64,000 nt of DNA, from positions 288,001 to 352,000 of the forward strand of contig CBDCWP010000039.1 in assembly GCA_965223505.1 (NCBI GenBank), given 5' to 3'. Shown here piece by piece: positions 31,338 to 41,216 of the stretch (positions are counted from its first letter, which is position 1; the number at the start of each line of letters is the position of its first letter). The stretch comes from Planctomycetota bacterium (GTDB taxonomy: Bacteria; Planctomycetota; PLA2; JAEUHO01). A model generated the notes under the pieces. That model was not told the origin of the DNA. It searched no databases and saw only the letters and a program-made list of their open reading frames with translations. The position numbers and the translations under genes are program-made.

Positions 31338-31439
31338 GGGGCGGGATCGGGTTCGGGATCGGGTTTGGGATCGGGTTCGGGGTCGGGGGGGACGGCCGAT
31401 TCGCGATGACGTCGTAGGGGGCGGGGTTCGACCCCGCCC
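31338..31439. repeat. (TCGGGN)n array plus family-2 REP GTAGGGGGCGGGGTTCGACCCCGCCC (31414-31439)
   Basis: Read directly. Confidence 0.8.
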
Positions 31440-31540
31440 GCCGCGCCGGATCGCTCGACGGTTCCACGCGGACCGCCCGCGAACGCCAACCCGTTGCGTC
31501 CCCTGCGCCGACGGAGTGGCCGAGTAGATTCATCCGTCCG

Positions 31541-32434
31541 ATGGCATACGATCTCGACGACAAGCTGGTCGTGGGCATCTCCACCCGCGCTCTCTTCGAC
31601 CTCGACGAAGCGCACCGCGTCTTCGAAGAGCAAGGCCTCGATGCCTACACCGACTTCCAGGTGCAGCGCACCGACACCGAGATCCCCACCGGCGCCGGCT
31701 TCCCCCTCGTGCGCGGGCTCCTGCGCATCAACGAGCTCGCGGGCGAACCGCTCGTCGAGGTCGTCGTCATCTCCCGCAACAGCGCCGAGACCGGACTGCG
31801 CACCCGACACTCGATCAAGTCACTCGGCCTGCCCATCACCCGCGCCGCGTTCACCCGCGGCCGTCCCGTCTATCGCTATCTGGACGCCTTCTCTTGCGAC
31901 CTCTTTCTCTCCGCCCACGACGAAGACGTGCTCGGCGCGCTTCAAGCCGGCTTCGCCGCCGGCAAGGTCCTCAGCGTTCCGCCCGCCGTCGCGGAGCTCT
32001 CGAACGAGGTTCGCATCGCGTTCGACGGCGACGCCGTGCTGTTCTCCGGCGCGAGCGAGGACCTGTACCAGAAGCAGGGTCTCGAGGCGTTCCAAGCCCA
32101 CGAAGCCTCCCAGGCCGACGTACCGATGGAGGCCGGACCCTTCATGGGGTTCCTCAGGGCGTTGTGCGCGATTCAGCAGCGCTTCGATCCGGAGCAGTGT
32201 CCGATCCGGACGGCGTTGATCACTGCGCGCGACACCATCAGCCACGAGCGCGTCGTCAACACGCTCCGAGCGATGAACGTGCGCATCGACGAGTACTTTT
32301 TCCTGGGGGGGGTGAGGAAGCAGAAGGTCGTGAAGGCCTTCGCGCCGCACATCTTCTTCGACGACCAGATCGTGCATGCCGGTCCGGCGTCGGAGGTGTC
32401 GCCGACGGCCCAGGTGCCGCGCACGGACACGTAG
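31541..32434 (+). CDS. 5'-nucleotidase (PF06189-type)
   Basis: LVVGISTRALFDL, SRNS, RIAFDGDAVLFS, TAR, HIFFDDQ. Confidence 0.92.
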   Translation: MAYDLDDKLVVGISTRALFDLDEAHRVFEEQGLDAYTDFQVQRTDTEIPTGAGFPLVRGLLRINELAGEPLVEVVVISRNSAETGLRTRHSIKSLGLPITRAAFTRGRPVYRYLDAFSCDLFLSAHDEDVLGALQAGFAAGKVLSVPPAVAELSNEVRIAFDGDAVLFSGASEDLYQKQGLEAFQAHEASQADVPMEAGPFMGFLRALCAIQQRFDPEQCPIRTALITARDTISHERVVNTLRAMNVRIDEYFFLGGVRKQKVVKAFAPHIFFDDQIVHAGPASEVSPTAQVPRTDT

Positions 32435-32630
32435 GGGCGGGGCTTGACCCCGCCCGCTGCGTACGCATCACAGCCGGTGTGGGATCACGCGGCGTGTTCG
32501 CCGGCGGTTGCGTCCGTTGCGTTCGCACGACCGGGCTCGCGGGCGGGGTCAAAGCCCGCCCCTACAAACGCGCCGTGATCCGCCGATCCCGATCCCGACC
32601 CCGAGGCCCGGCCCCGAACCCGCGCCCGAC
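32431..32630. repeat. Inverted family-2 REP pair (32431-32455 / 32541-32565; REPIN-like) followed by a short hexamer array
   Basis: GTAGGGGCGGGGCTTGACCCCGCCC ... GGGCGGGGTCAAAGCCCGCCCCTAC. Confidence 0.85.
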
Positions 32631-32639
32631 GCCGCGCAC

Positions 32640-34295
32640 CTACCCGTGAATGTGCTCCGCCACTCGGAGCCCGTTCGCGTAGATGGTGAAGGTGAACGGC
32701 GCACACCCGCCGCTCGGCATGAAGCTGCCGTCCGTGACGAACAGATTCTCGCAGTCGTGCGCGCGGCAGTCCTTGTTCAGGACCGAGGTCTTCGGGTCGT
32801 TGCCGAAGCGGCACGTGCCGCCCATCAAGTTCGTCGACGGTGTGCCCCACACCGGCGCCGTACGCGGATTCTCCGCGCCCATCTGCGTCAGCATCTCCAC
32901 CCCGCGGTCGAGCAGGTAGCGCGCCGTCTCCTTGTTGCGCGGGTGGCTGTACTCGCGAACGTGCGCCACCGGCAGTCCCCAGGCATCTTTCGTGTCGCTC
33001 GAGAGCGTCACGCGGCAGTCCGGCGACGTGAGCCACTCGCAGAACAGCTCGAACTTCAGCCGCTGGACGTCGCGGAAGTAGTGCGAGAGCTTCTGCTTCA
33101 GCGCGGCGCCCCACACCGGGAGCTTCTCCGGTCCGGTTTGATCCCAAAACGCCTGGTACTCGGCGCCGGCGATCGGGTTGGGATGCATCAGAAGGAAGTT
33201 GATCGACCCACCCTTGCGGTAGCCCAGCTTCTCGTCCTTGATCTCGTAGAAGTCCTGCACGACGCGGTTGACGAACGGTTCCTTCGACCGCAGCCACTCC
33301 CCGTGCTTCGAGTACGCGAAGTCGCCCCAGCCAGCGCCGAACGTGCTCGAGACCAGGTTGCGTCCGACCTGCCCCGTCGTGTTGCCCAGTCCCTTGGGGT
33401 GTCTCGGCCCCGTGGAGAGAAGCAGCAGGCGCGCCGTTTCGATGGCCTGACAGGCCACGACGAACACGTCCGCCTGCACCCGCTCGACCTTCCCGTCGGC
33501 GTCCCGGTACTCCGCCGCGACGACGCGGCCCTGGGCGTTCGAGATCAGCTTCTGGACCATCGCCTGCGAGCGCACCTCGCAGCGGCCCGTGCGTTCGGCG
33601 CGGTGCAGGAACGACTCCTCGGCGTTGCCTTTGGCGCCCGTCGTGCAGCCGTAGCTGCCGCAGTAGCCGTTGTAGTCGCACGCCTTGCGTTCCCCGACGT
33701 CCTGCGACAACACCGCGCGCGGGAGCTTGAGCGGGTGCAAGCCCATCGCCGAGCACTTCTCGTCCACGAGCCTGGCGAACGGATGCTCGCGCGTGGGCGG
33801 CAGGGGGAAGTCGGGCGTGCTGCGCTTCTCCGTGAGCTCGGCCGGCATGTCGCGCAACGCGCCGGACACACCCGCGAGCTTCTCCACCTCGTCGTAGTAC
33901 GGCACGAGCTCGTCGAGCTCGATCGGCCAGTCCACCACCTCCGAGCCGTCCACCGGCCCGAAGCGCGACCGCATCTTCAGATCGCTTTCCTTGAGCCGCA
34001 GGAAGAAGCCGCTCATGAGATGCGACGCTCCGCCGACCAGCGTTCCGTTCCAGTACTTCGTCGACGGCTTGCCGCGCCAGCTTCCGTCGGTGTACAGGAT
34101 CTCGGAGATCGACGGGTGGGCGTTCGACGGCCAGAACGTGGGCCGGCGGCACTGGACGATCTCGTCCTTGAGGAACTCGGTGCGTGCGAAACGCTTGCCG
34201 CGCTCGAGCACGATCACGTCGTGGCCCTTGCGCGTGAGCGCGTCGGCGACCGACGACCCGCCGGCGCCGCTGCCGATGATGCAGACCGTGGTCAT
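32640..34295 (-). CDS. GMC family oxidoreductase (gluconate 2-dehydrogenase flavoprotein-like)
   Basis: IIGSGAGG, LERG, VGGAS, DWPI...L.PYY, ETARLLLLS, MGGTCRFG, NLFVTDGS. Confidence 0.92.
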   Translation of the reverse strand: MTTVCIIGSGAGGSSVADALTRKGHDVIVLERGKRFARTEFLKDEIVQCRRPTFWPSNAHPSISEILYTDGSWRGKPSTKYWNGTLVGGASHLMSGFFLRLKESDLKMRSRFGPVDGSEVVDWPIELDELVPYYDEVEKLAGVSGALRDMPAELTEKRSTPDFPLPPTREHPFARLVDEKCSAMGLHPLKLPRAVLSQDVGERKACDYNGYCGSYGCTTGAKGNAEESFLHRAERTGRCEVRSQAMVQKLISNAQGRVVAAEYRDADGKVERVQADVFVVACQAIETARLLLLSTGPRHPKGLGNTTGQVGRNLVSSTFGAGWGDFAYSKHGEWLRSKEPFVNRVVQDFYEIKDEKLGYRKGGSINFLLMHPNPIAGAEYQAFWDQTGPEKLPVWGAALKQKLSHYFRDVQRLKFELFCEWLTSPDCRVTLSSDTKDAWGLPVAHVREYSHPRNKETARYLLDRGVEMLTQMGAENPRTAPVWGTPSTNLMGGTCRFGNDPKTSVLNKDCRAHDCENLFVTDGSFMPSGGCAPFTFTIYANGLRVAEHIHG

Positions 34296-34954
34296 TCGCC
34301 CTCCGGGCGCCAGTTCGGCTCGGTCGGCCGCAGCTCGGGCGGTTCGTAGTTCGCCCACTTCCACGCGATCTGTTCGGGATTGCCGCCGTGCACCGGATCG
34401 CCGAAGAACGCTTCCAGCGTCAAAGAGAGCATGCGTCGGATCCAGTTGACGCCCGCGCGGCCGTTGGTGGGGTCACGCCGGTTGTCGATGAACGCCTGGA
34501 TGGGGCCGTCGCGTTCCGCGTCGGTCAGGACCGCGTACTCCTCGGCGTTGAATTGCCGTCGTGCGCGGTGATCGAGCACCGTGGCGCCCCACTTCACCAG
34601 CGCCATCGTGTCTTTGCTGATCTCACCCGAGGCGAAGACCGCGTCGAGGTAGCCGATCGCGTTGACGTCCCGCGCGCCGGGCGAGGCGGGGCCCCCCGAA
34701 GGCAGGAGCCGGTCCTGCGCCGCGCCCAGCGTGCGGAACTCGCGCGCCGTGAGGTTCTGCAGGGGCGCCCCGGGCTCGGTCGGATCGATCAGCTTGCGAC
34801 GCGCCGGTTCGCCGAAGCACTCGAACCAGAACGTGCCGACGGTCAACAAGCCGGCGGTTGCCGCCGCGCCCTTGGCGAGCTGCCGGCGGCTCACGCCGCG
34901 GGCGGCCTGATCGTCGCTGCCGCTGCTCGGCGGGAGAGGTTCTTGATCCGACAT
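34292..34954 (-). CDS. Gluconate 2-dehydrogenase subunit 3 family protein, Tat signal
   Basis: SRRQL twin-Arg; PGA, FFGDPVHGGN...W; ATGA overlap with the GMC gene. Confidence 0.88.
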   Translation of the reverse strand: MSDQEPLPPSSGSDDQAARGVSRRQLAKGAAATAGLLTVGTFWFECFGEPARRKLIDPTEPGAPLQNLTAREFRTLGAAQDRLLPSGGPASPGARDVNAIGYLDAVFASGEISKDTMALVKWGATVLDHRARRQFNAEEYAVLTDAERDGPIQAFIDNRRDPTNGRAGVNWIRRMLSLTLEAFFGDPVHGGNPEQIAWKWANYEPPELRPTEPNWRPEGE

Positions 34955-35037
34955 GACGCTCGGGGGGCTCTACCGGGGGACCTTGGGGACCGGGGATGAT
35001 ACCCGTCCTCTTGGCGGTCCCGCGCTCCCGACCCGCG

Positions 35038-36237
35038 CTATTGCATCGTCGGCGTCGAACTCATGATCGGCGAGAGGGCGTCCGTGCCCGGCTGGCGCGG
35101 TTCCGCGACCTTGAAGTTGTCGCGGCCGTTCTCCTTGACGTAGTAGAGCGCGCGGTCCGCGTCGTCCAGCAGCTTCGAGAGGCTCGTGTCGGGGTCGACG
35201 GACGAGCGTTTCGGGTCGAGTACCGCGACGCCGATCGAGCAGGTGACCTTCAGGTTCGGCTTCATCTGACTCCACGGATGGGTCCGGAAGCGTCGCAGGA
35301 TGCGTTGGGCGAGCTCGCTGCCGTGGCCGTCCTCCGCAGCGACCGCGGCGACGGCGAACTCCTCGCCACCGACGCGCGCGAGGTGATCGATGGTGCCGAC
35401 GGTGTCCCGCAGAAGCTTCGACGTCTGACTGAGCACGGCGTCGCCGAAAGCGTGACCGTGCTGGTCGTTGACCTGTTTGAAGTGGTCGAGGTCGATGACC
35501 ATGATCGAGATGGGCCAGGCGTAGCGTTCCGCGCGCTGGATCTCCTGGCGCATCTTCTCCATGAAGCCGCGGCGGTTGGGCAGCATGGTCAGGGGATCAC
35601 GGGTCGCGTGATCGGTGAGCGACGAGACCTTGGCCTGGAAACCGTGCGCAAGCCGCAGCGCGATGAACATGAACGCGAACAGGAAGCCGCAGTGCAACGC
35701 GAGTGCGGTGAACTCTTCCTGGGACAGCGCGCGTCCTTGACTGAGCATGGACTCGACGCCGGGCATGCCGCCGAGCAGAAAACCGTTCGGCGGACGCATC
35801 CATGTCGCGAAGACGTAGACCGCGGCGATGACCGACGTCAGCAAGACCGCGGACCGGCCCTGCATGACCAGGGCAGCGAAGACGCAGTTGAGCACGATCA
35901 GCATTGCGAACGGGCTCGCGAGTCCGCCGGTCTCGGAGCTGACGAGTACCAGGTACAGCCCCAGGAAGAAGAGGAACGTGCCCTTCGGCTTCTTGCGTGG
36001 CGTCCCAGGCATCTCGGCCGGCCCCGTGAGCTCGTAGCCCAGGTATCCGAGCAGCAACAGGAACGCGTCGGTTCCGAGCACGTACGGGGCGAACTGGTCG
36101 CCGAACCCGCCGACGAAACCGATGATCGCGTGCAGGACCAGGACGGCCGCGCCCGTCGTGAGGACGATGCGATAGTAGAGCCGCAGCAGTCCGCGCGGGC
36201 CTGTCGTAAAGCCGGTACTTTTCGTGTCTTCCGACAA
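35038..36237 (-). CDS. Membrane diguanylate cyclase (GGDEF)
   Basis: Multiple TM segments; DPLTMLPNRR, DLDHFKQVND..GH..GD, ARVGGEEF; start inferred. Confidence 0.93.
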   Translation of the reverse strand: MSEDTKSTGFTTGPRGLLRLYYRIVLTTGAAVLVLHAIIGFVGGFGDQFAPYVLGTDAFLLLLGYLGYELTGPAEMPGTPRKKPKGTFLFFLGLYLVLVSSETGGLASPFAMLIVLNCVFAALVMQGRSAVLLTSVIAAVYVFATWMRPPNGFLLGGMPGVESMLSQGRALSQEEFTALALHCGFLFAFMFIALRLAHGFQAKVSSLTDHATRDPLTMLPNRRGFMEKMRQEIQRAERYAWPISIMVIDLDHFKQVNDQHGHAFGDAVLSQTSKLLRDTVGTIDHLARVGGEEFAVAAVAAEDGHGSELAQRILRRFRTHPWSQMKPNLKVTCSIGVAVLDPKRSSVDPDTSLSKLLDDADRALYYVKENGRDNFKVAEPRQPGTDALSPIMSSTPTMQ

Positions 36238-36352
36238 AGCGCGTCTCGTGTTCCTGCAGGGGGTGGAGTGGGTTCCTCCACCACGGACCAACTATCGACC
36301 TCCGGCGTGAACGCCCTGTACCCCTTTGTGGGGCCGGCGCGGTCGTTCTCTG

Positions 36353-36685
36353 TCAGCCCTCTGTTTCGTGCGCGCCCAGGACCCAGGCCAGGTACGCAGG
36401 GAGCCCGGAATCGGGCCGAAGGGCGAGGAACTCGGGCGTTTCGTACGGGTGAATCGCCTCCAAACGGCGGGCGAGCGCCTCCACGCGGGCCGAGGACGTC
36501 TTGAGGATCAGCAAGGACTCGGGCTCATCGCGCACGGCGCCTTCCCAGCGATAGACACTCCGAATGCCGGGCACGACGTTCACGCAGGCGCACAGACGTT
36601 CCTCCACCAGCGTGTGGGCCAGATCGTGGGCGCCGTCGGGCGGCGCGGTGACGAATACGATGCGGACGTCGCCTGCGTCACTCAC
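36353..36685 (-). CDS. cutA: Divalent-cation tolerance protein CutA
   Basis: LVEERLCACVN, SVYRWEG, HPYETPE. Confidence 0.93.
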   Translation of the reverse strand: MSDAGDVRIVFVTAPPDGAHDLAHTLVEERLCACVNVVPGIRSVYRWEGAVRDEPESLLILKTSSARVEALARRLEAIHPYETPEFLALRPDSGLPAYLAWVLGAHETEG

Positions 36686-36802
36686 GGCCGGTCTCCTCGT
36701 TTCCACGGTCGGATCGTGGGCACATGATAGGTGCGGGTCGCCGCTCCCTTTCGTCGATCAATTCCGGTACCCCACGATCATCCTCTAGGGCCTGTTCTTC
36801 GT

Positions 36803-38617
36803 ATGTGCGGTATTGCCGGAATGCTCGGAGTCGGCGGCGGTCGCGTCCGGGATCCGGTTGCGCGCGCGATGACCGTCCTCGCGCCGCGAGGGCCCGACGG
36901 CGGCGCACGCGGCGAGGCGGCCCTGGGCGCGCAGCCCGTGACGTTCGGCGCGCGGCGCCTGGCGCTCGTCGATCCCGGATCCGCACGGCAGCCGGTCCGA
37001 CGACCGTCGGGCGCGATGCTCGTCTGGAACGGCGAGCTCTACAATCACGACGAGTTGCGCACCGACCTCGCGGAGCGCGGCGAGACGTTTCGAACCGCGA
37101 ATGACGGCGAGGTGCTCGCGGTGTTGCTCGAGCGCGACGGCGTCGCGGGGCTTTCGCGCGTGGAAGGCAGCTACGCGTTCGCGTTCCTGGTCGGCCCGGA
37201 GGGGCCGTTGCTGTTGGGCCGCGATCCGCTCGGTGTCCGGCCGCTCGTCTACGCGCACTCTCGCAACGTCCTTCACTTCGCGAGCACAGTCGACGCGTTG
37301 CTTGCGATGGGGGGGCTGGCGCCCCGCGCGAACCTCGAGGCCATCGCCGACGTACTGCGCGACGGCGTCGTTACGACGCGTCACACGGCCGTGCACGGCG
37401 TGCATCGGGTGACCCCGGGCGAAGTCTTGTCGTTCGACGCCGATCTGCACATGGCGTCGCACGAGATCCCCACAGCGAAGGTCACGCCCGAGATGGAGGA
37501 TCTGGACGTGCTGGACGCGCTTCGCGGCGCCGTCTGGGATCGCCTGCGCACCGACCGGCCGTCGGGCGTGTTCCTTTCGGGCGGCGTCGACAGTGCGTTG
37601 GTCGCCGCGTTGGCGCGCGAGGTCGGCGACGTTCCGGCGTACACGCTCTCGTTTCCGGGGCATGCGGGCGTGGACGAGGCCGATCGCGCCCGCCGGACCG
37701 CTGCGCGCATCGGCATCAAGCACGTCGTCGTGCCCTGCCCGGCGGATCCGACGCCCTGGGTGCTGGGCGCCGCGCGCGCGTTCGACGAACCGTTCGCCGA
37801 CGCGAGCGCGATTCCGACGTGGGGGCTGGCGCGCGCGGCGGGCCGTGACGTGCGTGTCGCGCTGACGGGCACCGGCGGCGACGAGGTGTTCGGCGGGTAC
37901 CGCCGGTACTGGCTGGTCGGCACGGGCCCCTGGCTGCGTCATGTCCCCGCGTTCATTCGAGAGCCGGTGAGCCGCGTGTTGGAGCGTACGGCGCCCGGCG
38001 GGGCGCGACTGTTGCGCGCGTCGTCGGACCCGCAGGGCATCTACCGGGGCTTGTTGCGGTTGCAGCCGGTGCAGGAGATCCGCGCGGTCGTGGGGCCGCT
38101 GCTGGCGGACGTGGCGTTACCCGTGCCGCGATCGGGGCCGACGACGGCGAAGGCGGCGATGCGGGACGACCTGCAGCGGTATCTGCCGGACGATCTGCTC
38201 GTGAAGGAAGACCGGGCGTTGATGTCGCACGGCATCGAGGGCCGGCATCCGTTCCTGGACGCCCGCGTGCGGGCGGCGGCGAGCTCGTTGGAGTTGCGCG
38301 GCCGGCCGGGGCGCGGGAAGCAGAAGAAGGTGTTGCGCGCCTATGTGCAAGAGGTGATCGACCCCGATCTGGCGCGCGTGGCGAAGCACGGGTTTGCGTT
38401 TCCGGTCGACGATCTGTATCGGGGACCGCTGCAGTCGTTGGCGCGTGACGCGTTGCTGGGCAAGTCGGCGCGCGAGCGGGGATTCATCTCGCCGGCGGGT
38501 GCGCGGCGTTTGTTGCAGGACCACGTCACGGGCGCCCGCGACGTGGGTCAGACGGTCCACGTGCTGGTGATGTTGGAGCTTTGGGCGCGTCGGGTTCTCG
38601 ACGGCGACGCCGTCTGA
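36803..38617 (+). CDS. asnB: Asparagine synthase (glutamine-hydrolysing) family
   Basis: MCGIAG, RGPD, NGELYNH, RDPLGVRPL, FLSGGVDS, GGDEVFGGY. Confidence 0.88.
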   Translation: MCGIAGMLGVGGGRVRDPVARAMTVLAPRGPDGGARGEAALGAQPVTFGARRLALVDPGSARQPVRRPSGAMLVWNGELYNHDELRTDLAERGETFRTANDGEVLAVLLERDGVAGLSRVEGSYAFAFLVGPEGPLLLGRDPLGVRPLVYAHSRNVLHFASTVDALLAMGGLAPRANLEAIADVLRDGVVTTRHTAVHGVHRVTPGEVLSFDADLHMASHEIPTAKVTPEMEDLDVLDALRGAVWDRLRTDRPSGVFLSGGVDSALVAALAREVGDVPAYTLSFPGHAGVDEADRARRTAARIGIKHVVVPCPADPTPWVLGAARAFDEPFADASAIPTWGLARAAGRDVRVALTGTGGDEVFGGYRRYWLVGTGPWLRHVPAFIREPVSRVLERTAPGGARLLRASSDPQGIYRGLLRLQPVQEIRAVVGPLLADVALPVPRSGPTTAKAAMRDDLQRYLPDDLLVKEDRALMSHGIEGRHPFLDARVRAAASSLELRGRPGRGKQKKVLRAYVQEVIDPDLARVAKHGFAFPVDDLYRGPLQSLARDALLGKSARERGFISPAGARRLLQDHVTGARDVGQTVHVLVMLELWARRVLDGDAV

Positions 38618-38621
38618 CTGT

Positions 38622-38768
<147 letters not shown>

Positions 38769-38805
38769 GCGGGGCGAGGCCATTCCCCGCCATACGAGAT
38801 CGCCA

Positions 38806-41103
38806 CTACTCGTCGCGTGTCTTCGCCTCCGCGACCTCGTAGATCTTCCCTTCCCACAGGAACGACACGCCCTCACCCAGCGCGAGGTACTTCGCGATCT
38901 TCTCGTTCTTGGCCGCCAGCTCCATCAATGCGTCCGAAAACGGCTCGATCGCGATCACGTCCAACTTCGCCTTCGCTTGCTTGCGGTGCTTCTCGATGGC
39001 GGTGTCGACCCAGCGCTCGCCCGTCAAGACGAACGTCTTGTCGGCCGCGGTCTTCACGCGTGAGCCGTCGCGATTCGCCACGTCGTCGCTACGCCCATGT
39101 TGCTTGCCCTTGCGGTCGCGCAGCGACTTCGACGCGGTGGTGGGGCTCGGCGCCGGCCTCGACGGCGGTCGCATGCCCGAGGTCGCGGGCGTCGTGGGTG
39201 TCAGCGGCGTCGGCGTGGTCGGCGGGCCGCTCGGCGGCGGCGGCGGCGGCGGTGTGGGGTCGGTGGGCTCCCGCACCGACGGCGCGAACGGGGACGGCAG
39301 CGTCCCGGTGGGTCCGCGCGGGCGGCGTCCGCCCAGATCGGCGATCCGCGCGGCCTCGAGCTCGCTGTCCTCGACGACCAGGCCCGACGTGTACGGCGTG
39401 ACGATGCCGAACTCGGTCGCCAGCCGGATGACCTCGTCCTTCAGCTCTTTGTCCTCGCCGTGCAAGCGGATCTCGTCCAGCAGGAACGCCACCTTGCGGT
39501 GCGCCCACAAGCGGGGCAGGTAGGCGGCGGTCTCCTTGTCGGAGAGCGTCACTGGGTAGACCAGCTCAACCGGCTTCCCGGCGCGCGTGCCCTTCAGGCG
39601 GATCTCTCGCTCCCCGGGTGTCTTGAACCGACCCAGGACCATGACCTGCCCGCCGGCGAAGACGTCGCCGAGCTTGCGCGGATAGAAGTCCTCGACGCCG
39701 TCGCCGAACGCGACGGTCACGTTCTCGAGAACCGGCTGGTCGACCTTCGTGAAGAAGCGACTCGTGACGATCTCGATGTCCTCGCGCGGCGCCACGTAGT
39801 CGCGCGCGCCTTCCGTCACCTCGGCGATGCGGTCCAGCAGGCGTACGTCGAGGTCGTGACCGACGCCGAACGTGAAGACACGCGCGTTCGAGACGTTCGC
39901 CTGCTTGACGATGTCCACGAGCTGTGCCGTGCCGCGAACGCCGACCGTGGGCCTGCCGTCCGTCAGCAGCACCAGCATGAACAGCCGGCCCTTGGCGCCC
40001 ATCGGCAGCGCGCGGCGCATGCCGCCCTCGATGTCCGTGCCGCCGCGCGCCTGTAGCCCGGCCAGCCACGCGCCCGCGGCCTCCTTCGACGCGTCGCTCA
40101 CGTCGACGAGTCGTTCGCGGAACACCGAAACACCGGCCGAGAACCCCACGATGTTGAAGCGGTCGCCGGCGTTCAGGCGATGGATGCCGTGGCGCAGCGC
40201 GTTGCGCGCCTGGTCGATCTTGCCGTCGTTGTTCATCGACCCGCTCGTGTCGAGCACGTACACGACGTCCTTGGGCACCCGCTCGCCGTCCGCGACGTCG
40301 TTGGACGGCGCGAATACGGCCATGAACGTGCCGCGGTCGCCGACCGGCTTGTGGCTCTGCAGCGACACACCGAGCCGGTCCGTGCTGCGGCCGACGTAGA
40401 GCAGGAAGTCGGCGTCCTGACGGCCGCCCTTCGCTTCGAACGAGACGCGCGCCTTGCGCTCGTCGTCGCGGTGGATCGCGATCTCGTGCGACGGGCTGTA
40501 GATCGCCTTGAGATCGACGTCGCCCCGGATCCTCACGTCGACGACGACCTGGGAGACGGGTTGGCCGTGCAGCCGCCCGGTGGCCAGCGGATACCGCATC
40601 TCGATCGTGCCGGCGTCCTCGGGCAGCGTCTGCTGGTACGTGAGCTCGATGGTCAGGTCACCGTTCGGCGGAATCGGAAAGACGCTGGCGCGGAAGAGTC
40701 CGCGACCGACGTACTCGAGCAGGCCGGGATCGCGGCGGCGCCGGACGATGCTCTCGTAGACGGCGCGTGCGCGGTCCGCGCGGATGATCTCCCCCTTGAC
40801 GAGCTTGCCGCCCATCGTCATGGCGAAGTCGCTGACGACGGCGCCTTCGGGCAACGGGAACAGGTACGTTCCTTCGAGCTGCCGGCCCACGTGGTTGCGA
40901 AAGACCTGTCGCACCTTCACGCTCGCGACCTGATTCTCGAGCTCCGCCTCGACGGTGTGCTCACGGAGCGAGAGCGACGACCGCGCGGTCGGTGGTGTTC
41001 GTCCGCCGCCGGGCCCCGTCACGAGCAGCCCGTGCGCGACCGCATCCGCGGCGCCGATCACCAACGCGGCGACGACCGCCACCCACAAAGCAAGCGTACG
41101 CAT
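38806..41103 (-). CDS. Secreted VIT + vWA domain protein
   Basis: Signal peptide; QVFRN...EG.Y.FPLP, DPGLLEY; VLDTSGSM (MIDAS), GGTDI, LTDGRPT, TPYTS. Confidence 0.92.
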   Translation of the reverse strand: MRTLALWVAVVAALVIGAADAVAHGLLVTGPGGGRTPPTARSSLSLREHTVEAELENQVASVKVRQVFRNHVGRQLEGTYLFPLPEGAVVSDFAMTMGGKLVKGEIIRADRARAVYESIVRRRRDPGLLEYVGRGLFRASVFPIPPNGDLTIELTYQQTLPEDAGTIEMRYPLATGRLHGQPVSQVVVDVRIRGDVDLKAIYSPSHEIAIHRDDERKARVSFEAKGGRQDADFLLYVGRSTDRLGVSLQSHKPVGDRGTFMAVFAPSNDVADGERVPKDVVYVLDTSGSMNNDGKIDQARNALRHGIHRLNAGDRFNIVGFSAGVSVFRERLVDVSDASKEAAGAWLAGLQARGGTDIEGGMRRALPMGAKGRLFMLVLLTDGRPTVGVRGTAQLVDIVKQANVSNARVFTFGVGHDLDVRLLDRIAEVTEGARDYVAPREDIEIVTSRFFTKVDQPVLENVTVAFGDGVEDFYPRKLGDVFAGGQVMVLGRFKTPGEREIRLKGTRAGKPVELVYPVTLSDKETAAYLPRLWAHRKVAFLLDEIRLHGEDKELKDEVIRLATEFGIVTPYTSGLVVEDSELEAARIADLGGRRPRGPTGTLPSPFAPSVREPTDPTPPPPPPPSGPPTTPTPLTPTTPATSGMRPPSRPAPSPTTASKSLRDRKGKQHGRSDDVANRDGSRVKTAADKTFVLTGERWVDTAIEKHRKQAKAKLDVIAIEPFSDALMELAAKNEKIAKYLALGEGVSFLWEGKIYEVAEAKTRDE

Positions 41104-41216
41104 CACGACCTCCGAGTCCCTGTGCGCCGCCTGTGTCGCAATCGGCATACCGGGCCGCATCCGGCGCGTAGCGCCGCGGCGTGAGTCACCGCGCGGTAGC
41201 ACGCCCCCGTGGCGCG